64,000 nucleotides of DNA from the NCBI GenBank assembly GCA_044440125.1, contig JBITAJ010000029.1, positions 256,001 through 320,000 on the forward strand, read 5' to 3'. This DNA comes from Sedimentisphaeraceae bacterium JB056 (GTDB lineage: Bacteria > Planctomycetota > Phycisphaerae > Sedimentisphaerales > Sedimentisphaeraceae). Shown here one piece after another: positions 57,772 through 64,000 of the stretch (positions are counted from its first letter, which is position 1; each line of letters opens with the position of its first letter). The translations under genes and the position numbers were made by a program. Below the pieces are notes generated by a model. The model did no database searches, had not been told where the DNA came from, and saw only the letters and a program-made list of their open reading frames with translations.

Positions 57772-57999
57772 ATGAGAACATTATTGGACATGCCGGTTGG
57801 CAGTAAATGCATGGTGAGTCTTATCAATAAAAAAGCTTCGGCTGCAAAGAGACTTGTTGAGATGGGGATAAGTAAAGGTGTTGCTATAGAAGTTATCAGA
57901 GTTGCTCCGCTTGGTGATCCGATAGAGGTGAAAGTTAAAGGCTATCTGCTTTCAATTCGTAAGGAAGAAGCGGCTAATATTGATGTTGTGAGGACGTGA
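57772..57999 (+). CDS. feoA: Ferrous iron transport protein A
   Basis: KRLVEMGI and RVAPLGDPIEVKVKGYLLSIRKEEA. Confidence 0.96.
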   Translation: MRTLLDMPVGSKCMVSLINKKASAAKRLVEMGISKGVAIEVIRVAPLGDPIEVKVKGYLLSIRKEEAANIDVVRT

Positions 58000-58018
58000 A
58001 ATTTTTTTAAATCATATT

Positions 58019-58032
58019 TTAGGGTTAGCTAA
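58019..58032. promoter_or_regulatory. DtxR/MntR-type box between feoA and feoB
   Basis: TTAG-GGTTAG-CTAA dyad (TTAG-N6-CTAA). Confidence 0.55.
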
Positions 58033-58052
58033 AACTTTAAGGTTATACGAGA

Positions 58053-60116
58053 ATGAATAAGAAAGAGATTACGGTTGCCCTTGCCGGTAACCCAAACAGT
58101 GGAAAAACTACGATATTTAACTCAATTACCGGTGCAAGGCAGCACATTGGAAATTATCCGGGTGTGACGGTTGAAAAGAAGGAAGGGTTTTGCGAACACA
58201 AAGGTTATCGCATAAGATTCGTCGATTTGCCAGGTACATACAGCCTTACCGCGTATTCAGTTGAAGAGGTGGTTGCACGCAATTTTATTATTGATCAAAA
58301 TCCTGATGTAGTTGTCAATGTTGTTGATGCGTCTAACTTTGAAAGAAACCTTTATCTTACGACACAGATGTTGGAGATTAATGCTCCGCTTGTGATTGCA
58401 TTGAATATGTCGGATATGGCCAGGAGAAATGGTTATTCATTTGACTGTAAGAAAATCGGCGGTTGTTATAATGCAGAAGTTGTACCTACTGTAGGATCTA
58501 AGAGAGAGGGTGTAAGCGAACTTCTTGATGCTGTAGTTAGAGTTGCAGAGGCTGAAAACAGCTTTGAGACCAAGAAGGTGCATTATGGTGATGATATTGA
58601 AAATGAAATTGAAAATCTTATGCCGCTTGTTGATAACGGACATGAAAATCTTCAGCGATATGACAGTAAGTGGCTTTCTTTAAAACTCCTTGAACAGGAT
58701 AAGGATATACTTCAAAAGGTTCATGACCAAAAGCTTCTTGAAGCAGTTGATGAAGGTGTTAGGAGGATTGAGAAACTGTACAACGACAGCCCGGAAGTTC
58801 TTATCGCAGAAAAACGTTACGGTTATGTATCCGGTGTATATGAGCTTGCGGTGAAACATTCCCCTCAGCAAAGACATCAGATCAGTGATATAGTAGATAA
58901 GGTGCTTCTCAATCGTGTGCTTGGGCTTCCGATATTTCTTTTTGCGATGTTTGCGGTCTTTAAGCTTACTTTCTGGGTAGGTGATCCTTTCATGGGATTT
59001 ATTGAGAGCGGATTTGAGTGGCTTGCAGGTTTTATTACAGGACTCTGGCCCCAGGGCTCGGAGAATGCCCTTAAATCTTTGATTGTTGACGGCATAATTG
59101 GCGGAGTTGGCGGGGTTATCGTATTCTTACCGAATATTATTTTGCTTTTTCTGGCTATTGCGTTTCTGGAAGACACGGGATATATGGCCAGAGCCGCGTT
59201 CCTCATGGATAGGGTTATGAAACGGATCGGCCTTCACGGCAGAAGTTTCATCCCGATGATGATTGGCTTTGGCTGTACCATCCCTGCAATCATGGGTACA
59301 CGAATTCTTGATGACAGGAAAAGCAGGTTTACGACAATAATGGTGTTGCCGCTTATGAGCTGTGGTGCTAGGCTCCCGATATATGCTTTGATAATTCCTG
59401 CATTCTTTGCTCCTAAATGGCATGGTTTTGTCATGTGGCTGATATATATAATAGGCATTCTTCTTGCCGTTATTCTGGCGATGATTTTGAGAAAGACAAT
59501 CCTCAAAGGTGATAGCGGCGTATTCCTCATGGAGCTGCCGCCTTACAGAATACCGACTCTGAGAGGTATGTTAATTCATATGTGGGAGAGGAGTTGGCTG
59601 TATCTCAAGAAAGCCGGTACTATCATTCTTGCTATATCAATTATTCTGTGGGTTCTTACCAGTTATCCGAAACTTGATGAGCAGAAAGCTGCTGATCTTG
59701 AAGAAGTGCAGACGCAGAAGGCTCAGCTTGAAAATTCATTTGCAGGGCGAATTGGCAAGGCGATGGAGCCGGCTATAAAACCCATGGGTTTCGATTATCG
59801 CATAGGTACCGCCCTTATAGGAGCCTTGGCAGCCAAGGAAGTATTTGTAGCTCAGATGGGTATTGTCTTTTCTCTTGGCGAGGCAGATGAAGAGTCGCAG
59901 ACGTTGCGAGAAAAGCTCAAGGAAAACTACTCCCCGCTTCAAGGATTTTGTGTGATGCTGTTTTGCCTGATAAGTGCTCCTTGCGTGGCAACGCTTGCGG
60001 TGTGCAAACGTGAGACTGGTTCGTGGAGATGGGCATTGTTCCAATTCATAGGGTTGACCGTGATTGCGTATATAATAACTACAATTGTTTATCAGGTAGG
60101 TATGCTGATAGTATAA
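58053..60116 (+). CDS. feoB: Ferrous iron transport protein B
   Basis: GNPNSGKT, NYPGVTVE, DLPGTYSL, GFGC, SCGARLP and PCVATL. Confidence 0.98.
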   Translation: MNKKEITVALAGNPNSGKTTIFNSITGARQHIGNYPGVTVEKKEGFCEHKGYRIRFVDLPGTYSLTAYSVEEVVARNFIIDQNPDVVVNVVDASNFERNLYLTTQMLEINAPLVIALNMSDMARRNGYSFDCKKIGGCYNAEVVPTVGSKREGVSELLDAVVRVAEAENSFETKKVHYGDDIENEIENLMPLVDNGHENLQRYDSKWLSLKLLEQDKDILQKVHDQKLLEAVDEGVRRIEKLYNDSPEVLIAEKRYGYVSGVYELAVKHSPQQRHQISDIVDKVLLNRVLGLPIFLFAMFAVFKLTFWVGDPFMGFIESGFEWLAGFITGLWPQGSENALKSLIVDGIIGGVGGVIVFLPNIILLFLAIAFLEDTGYMARAAFLMDRVMKRIGLHGRSFIPMMIGFGCTIPAIMGTRILDDRKSRFTTIMVLPLMSCGARLPIYALIIPAFFAPKWHGFVMWLIYIIGILLAVILAMILRKTILKGDSGVFLMELPPYRIPTLRGMLIHMWERSWLYLKKAGTIILAISIILWVLTSYPKLDEQKAADLEEVQTQKAQLENSFAGRIGKAMEPAIKPMGFDYRIGTALIGALAAKEVFVAQMGIVFSLGEADEESQTLREKLKENYSPLQGFCVMLFCLISAPCVATLAVCKRETGSWRWALFQFIGLTVIAYIITTIVYQVGMLIV

Positions 60117-60141
60117 ACTTGCAAGATTACCGGAGAAAAAA

Positions 60142-60492
60142 ATGAATAGCAAAATGTATGTTTTTAATCATCATATTTATGAATATCGCAAAGGACTGAG
60201 AAATCTCATATTGTTTACTACTACTGCTGATATGAGAGATCAGATGGTTTCAAAGCTTCAAAAATATGATATTAGCTATTTGATATATAAAGTTACTGAT
60301 AATAAAATTAACATCTTTTTTGGTAATGAATGCTGTGTTGAAGTTTTGAGGGGGATTGGTAAGAACAACCTTTCCCTCTTTACTCCTGAGGAAGATTTTA
60401 TTCTTGGTATAATGCTTGGTTATGACAGCTTGAAGCAGTGCCAGAGATACACTAATATGACATGTAATAAGCTTAAGAGGTATATAGCTTAA
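60142..60492 (+). CDS. DUF2023 family protein
   Basis: HHIYEYRKGLRNLILFT and TPEEDFILGIMLGYD..KQCQRY. Confidence 0.85.
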   Translation: MNSKMYVFNHHIYEYRKGLRNLILFTTTADMRDQMVSKLQKYDISYLIYKVTDNKINIFFGNECCVEVLRGIGKNNLSLFTPEEDFILGIMLGYDSLKQCQRYTNMTCNKLKRYIA

Positions 60493-60497
60493 GAAAG

Positions 60498-60683
60498 TTG
60501 AAGAAAATGGATTGCAAAGTTGAAGGACAAAGTAAGCGTAGTCCGATTCCTGATCAAATGAAAGTCAATGTTTATGAGGCTGAAGAGCTTTTTGGCAATT
60601 CAAGCGAATTTGGAATAATGTTTAAGAATGAATTATATCGGATACGGATTACACGCAACGGTAAGTTGATAATGAATAAATAG
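60498..60683 (+). CDS. hemP: Hemin uptake regulator HemP/HmuP family small protein
   Basis: ELF...E..I......YRIRITRNGKLIMNK matches the HemP C-terminal Y-x-L-R-x-T-x-x-GKLILTK signature. Confidence 0.85.
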   Translation: MKKMDCKVEGQSKRSPIPDQMKVNVYEAEELFGNSSEFGIMFKNELYRIRITRNGKLIMNK

Positions 60684-60708
60684 AACTTCGGTTAGATAGT
60701 TAAAAAGA

Positions 60709-60779
60709 CCCAGCAAGCTGATGCAAGCCAGGGAGTATGAACTGACAATTTTTGATTGACAGTTTATGCTCCCTTTTTT
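60709..60779 (+). terminator. Long intrinsic terminator preceded by a GCAAGC direct repeat (putative attenuator)
   Basis: GCAAGC at 60713 and 60723; stem GGGAGTATGAACTG (60731-60744) / CAGTTTATGCTCCC (60760-60773); T-tract 60774-60779. Confidence 0.75.
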
Positions 60780-60867
60780 AATGAAAGGAATGGACGATGT
60801 AGAACGAAAAAATTGTTTTATGCTTGTAGTTAGAATTTTAACCAAATTATTAATGAAAGATTAAAGT

Positions 60868-61509
60868 ATGAATTTTTATAAAAAATCTATTGTTTGTTTG
60901 ATTGTTTTAGCTGCTTCTTTTGCTAATGCCGCATTTGATGCTTCATGTGTTGAAACTAAATATAATGCTATGGGAACAGGCTGGGGAAGTGGCAGTGATT
61001 ATGCTATGGTTGGTGAGTATTCAGGTTTCTCACCATCGTATGCCGTAATGAAATTTGATATCTCTGATTATACTGAAGCAGTATCAGAAACCGTGTATCT
61101 GAAAATTGAAAAATATTCCGGTACAGCCGGCGGTATGTTTGCAGCATCAACAGATTCAAATCCATTAACGGTTGGTGTCAGAAATGCGTTGAATGATATT
61201 TCAGGATGGTCTGAATATGATTCATCAAATGTCAGCAGTATTCTTACTGATACGTCAGTATTGGGCGATGATGGCTTCTATTATTTTGATGTTACAGATA
61301 TTGTTAATCAGTGGATTACATCCGGCAATAACACGGGGCTTGTTCTGGGTGTTGAAAGTTGCCCAAGCGGTAACAGTTTTTCATATATCTATGGCATAGG
61401 AAATGCTGACGGAGCTGCTCCGGTCCTGACTTCCGTACCGGAACCTGCTACCATTGGTGTTATGTCGTTGGGTGCTTTGATTACCGCTTTAAAAAGAAAA
61501 AGATCATAA
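60868..61509 (+). CDS. PEP-CTERM protein with DNRLRE-like beta domain
   Basis: Signal peptide, MKFDIS, FDVTDIVNQWI...NNTGLVL, APVL and VPEPATI...KRKRS. Confidence 0.85.
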   Translation: MNFYKKSIVCLIVLAASFANAAFDASCVETKYNAMGTGWGSGSDYAMVGEYSGFSPSYAVMKFDISDYTEAVSETVYLKIEKYSGTAGGMFAASTDSNPLTVGVRNALNDISGWSEYDSSNVSSILTDTSVLGDDGFYYFDVTDIVNQWITSGNNTGLVLGVESCPSGNSFSYIYGIGNADGAAPVLTSVPEPATIGVMSLGALITALKRKRS

Positions 61510-61542
61510 ATAGAAAGAGTGTGAGTTGGCACATTTCACTCC

Positions 61543-61569
61543 GCCGGTCTCCTGTGGCGGGAGACCGGC
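61543..61569 (+). other. GC-rich intergenic stem-loop (possible mRNA stabiliser)
   Basis: GCCGGTCTCC-N7-GGAGACCGGC with no U-tract. Confidence 0.55.
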
Positions 61570-61593
61570 ATAAATTGAAAGTTAGAGGATAAA

Positions 61594-63045
61594 ATGCGAA
61601 ATAAATTACTTATTATCTTAGCAGTTTTGGTTGGAGGGTATAATGTTTGCTTTGGCGTTTTAAGTGTTAAACCGGCAACGGATTTTTATACACCGATGTC
61701 AACAATGGTTTTTTCTGACAGAGATTATGTCATGACTTCCAACACTTATGCCTGGCTTGACGTGGGAGATGGAGCGGTTTGTTACGAGACGATGATGTTT
61801 CTCAAATTTGAGGACAGTCAGCTTCCTCAGAAACAATGCAAAAGAGTTTGGCTCCGGCTTACTTCTGGAGCCGGGGGCACTATGGGTCAGTCAAGTAGAC
61901 CGCTTTTAGTTTCGGTTAGTCCTACGGATATGGATGTTATGGAAATAATTTCTGGCAATATATCTCCACGTGATTTTTATGCAAATAATAATCATGTGAT
62001 GGAATCGGTTGCCAATCTTTTTGTTTACAAGGATGGCATATGTTATTGGGATATAACTGAAATTGTGAACAATTGGATTTTGTTTGAGACCAGTAATGGC
62101 GTGCAGGGATATAAGAATAACGGACTTGCAATTACAGGTAGAGAGGATGAAGGAGCATTGGATACTTCTGATAATCAGCATTGCGGTTTCTGGTCGACAG
62201 AATCTGTTACAGGTTCAGATCCTATGCCGCATTCTGCTGCACCTGTTCTTATTTTTACAGATGAGAATAATGGGTTTGATTCGCCATGGATTCCAAATTG
62301 GTCATCTCTTTCAGGTTACAGTTGTCAATTCTGGACAATGAGTTCTGCTGATGGTGTTTTAAGTTGTCCGCTTGTTCCTGATGAATATTGTAACAACAGC
62401 TTTGGTGAACCTAACCTTGTCTGGACAGAGGAAATTGTTATAGGTGGTGAAGAAATAATCAATCCATTTCTGACATGGCATCCTTCTCCAGATTCAAGTG
62501 ATGATGGGTTGCAGCCACATTGGGCAGATGGTGTTTACGGCGGTCTCTATCGAGGCTCTTCATATTCTGATTATACGCTTACTGCTAATGTGCCTGTCGG
62601 TACAGGATCACAAACAGTTACTGTGTTTGTTCAGTACGACTGGTATAACAGAGGCAGTGTGGATGTCAGTATTGATGGTGCTGTTGATATTACGCCTGAA
62701 AATATATTGGCATACGAGATTGCTGATTGCGGCAACGGTTTCAATTGGTATAGGAGTACGAAGATATTTCGAGTTGCCGAAGCTAGCGGAGAATTGAATG
62801 TCGTTTTTAATGTTTCCGGTGATGAGCCTTACATTGATTCAGTCTCTGTTACTACAGCAGTGAACCCGCCTGAATGCAGCGGTCTTTTGAGATTACCAGA
62901 AGATCTTGATATGAATGGCAGTATAGATAATTTTGAGTTCACTTCTCTGGCATCAAAGTGGCTGCTTGGGGAGGCAGGGCAAATTGATCTTGTAAATCTT
63001 GCTGATATATGGCTTGAAAGCAGTGATTATATATGGAAGTATTAG
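61594..63045 (+). CDS. Secreted protein with DNRLRE-like domain and C-terminal dockerin-like motif
   Basis: Signal peptide, FLKFE, WDITEIVNNWI...NNGLAI, APVL and C-terminal DLDMNGSID..EF..LASKWL. Confidence 0.7.
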   Translation: MRNKLLIILAVLVGGYNVCFGVLSVKPATDFYTPMSTMVFSDRDYVMTSNTYAWLDVGDGAVCYETMMFLKFEDSQLPQKQCKRVWLRLTSGAGGTMGQSSRPLLVSVSPTDMDVMEIISGNISPRDFYANNNHVMESVANLFVYKDGICYWDITEIVNNWILFETSNGVQGYKNNGLAITGREDEGALDTSDNQHCGFWSTESVTGSDPMPHSAAPVLIFTDENNGFDSPWIPNWSSLSGYSCQFWTMSSADGVLSCPLVPDEYCNNSFGEPNLVWTEEIVIGGEEIINPFLTWHPSPDSSDDGLQPHWADGVYGGLYRGSSYSDYTLTANVPVGTGSQTVTVFVQYDWYNRGSVDVSIDGAVDITPENILAYEIADCGNGFNWYRSTKIFRVAEASGELNVVFNVSGDEPYIDSVSVTTAVNPPECSGLLRLPEDLDMNGSIDNFEFTSLASKWLLGEAGQIDLVNLADIWLESSDYIWKY

Positions 63046-63836
63046 ATAAAAAAACGAATACCGGTTTTACTCTTATTGAATTGCTTGTTGTTATCTCTAT
63101 TATTGCATTGCTTATGGCGATAGTAGCGCCTGCATTGTCAAAGGCAAGATGCTGTGCGAAAAGGATTATTTGTTCTACGCGGATGAAACAAATCTCGCTG
63201 GCGTTCACCAACTACGGTATTGATAATGATGGCAAGATAATAACTGCTTCAAAAATTATGACAGCAAGCAACCCTTGGATATGGGCATTGCTGCCGTATA
63301 TTGATGGTGATGAAGATGCCATTGATACATGGGATTCCCCGGCAAAGCTATGGTTTTGTCCCTGTGATAAAGATCCTTACCCTCTTGGGTATTCTCCGCA
63401 TGAGATGGAATATACGAGTTATGCTCTTAATGGATTTTATCAGGGAGTTTCCAGTGGAGGAGTCTGGGGCAGGAAAACTCCAGAGATTCGAGTGGGACCT
63501 GCCGGTGGTTATAAATATGCAAATATACGGCATGGCTCCGACTGTATGTTGATGGCAGAGACAAGCTACTATGGACAAATATACGATTTGGATAACGATA
63601 AACTCAGTGACTACAGACTTGATGATTATGGTCATCATCGCAATACATCCGGCTTCTATCATGATGGACGAATGAATGTGATGTTTGTTGATGGACATAT
63701 TGATAGTGTAAAAGGAATTGATGCCGATGAAGTTGAACCGCCGCAAACTATAAGAGATGCCGGTTATATGTTTTGGTCTGATTTGTCGCTGCCTGATTCA
63801 CAGGAAAATAAACTGCTTTGGGGACCTGGATATTAG
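63033..63836 (+). CDS. Prepilin-type N-terminal methylation / H-X9-DG (DUF1559-type) protein
   Basis: GFTLIELLVVISIIALLMAIVAPAL, FCPCD, SYALN and HDGRMNVMFVDGH. Confidence 0.93.
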   Translation: MEVLDKKTNTGFTLIELLVVISIIALLMAIVAPALSKARCCAKRIICSTRMKQISLAFTNYGIDNDGKIITASKIMTASNPWIWALLPYIDGDEDAIDTWDSPAKLWFCPCDKDPYPLGYSPHEMEYTSYALNGFYQGVSSGGVWGRKTPEIRVGPAGGYKYANIRHGSDCMLMAETSYYGQIYDLDNDKLSDYRLDDYGHHRNTSGFYHDGRMNVMFVDGHIDSVKGIDADEVEPPQTIRDAGYMFWSDLSLPDSQENKLLWGPGY

Positions 63837-63850
63837 AAACAATAAAGGAA

Positions 63851-64000
63851 ATGATAATGAGATTATTAAAGAATAGATATAAAGTGATATTGTTTTATCT
63901 GCCGATGATTTTTCTGGCAGGTTGTAAGTTTGATTCTTGCAGCAAGGATATGTGGATTGATATTCATCAAGGCGAACCGATTGTTTATGATGATATGCTT
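63851..64000 (+). CDS. Lipoprotein, possibly ChaN-family (iron-regulated/heme-binding); 3'-truncated
   Basis: AAGGA RBS and ATG 63851; LAGC lipobox; WIDIHQGEPIVYDDML resembles the N-terminus of ChaN-like proteins. Only 50 codons are visible. Confidence 0.5.
   Translation, partial: MIMRLLKNRYKVILFYLPMIFLAGCKFDSCSKDMWIDIHQGEPIVYDDML

Noticed and set aside
60684..60867. Possible cobalamin or other known riboswitch after hemP
   Set aside because: No B12-box or other recognisable riboswitch core seen; retained only as a terminator/attenuator candidate.

Overview
Bacterial chromosomal window, most consistent with an anaerobic planctomycete of the Phycisphaerae/Sedimentisphaerales type. This is inferred from the PEP-CTERM proteins, a prepilin/H-X9-DG (DUF1559-type) protein, a dockerin-like C-terminus, a solitary mraY and a glycyl radical enzyme. 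Layout: (1) 1-26.8 kb, a carbohydrate-catabolism island with an Asp-box protein, Fe-ADH, an unusual transaldolase-family enzyme, two DHDPS/NAL aldolases, a PfkB kinase, MFS transporters, a YidJ-like sulfatase, a repeat-containing secreted clan GH-A hydrolase, an AraC-linked glycyl radical enzyme and activase, an AraR-type regulator and a Kelch/NanM-SSS fusion. (2) 27-42 kb, mraY, an Fe3+-type ABC transporter, two orphan genes with a RAYT transposase remnant, an orphan NarL regulator, a ribose-type ABC transporter, a PEP-CTERM gene, panC and a folK-dNK fusion. (3) 42-54 kb, three SPFH (HflK/HflC/HflK-like) genes with no ftsH in the window, an atypical P1B-ATPase and a PilHI/Xap-like ABC module. 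(4) 54-57.6 kb, a UvrD/PcrA helicase and a flippase-like gene. (5) 57.7-64 kb, an iron locus: DtxR-type boxes, feoAB, DUF2023, hemP, a repeat-plus-terminator leader, then PEP-CTERM/DNRLRE-like, prepilin and ChaN-like genes. The best candidates for undescribed systems are the SPFH/P1B-ATPase/ABC cluster and the putative HemP-gated surface iron/heme-acquisition operon. All family calls come from motif recognition by eye; no searches were run.
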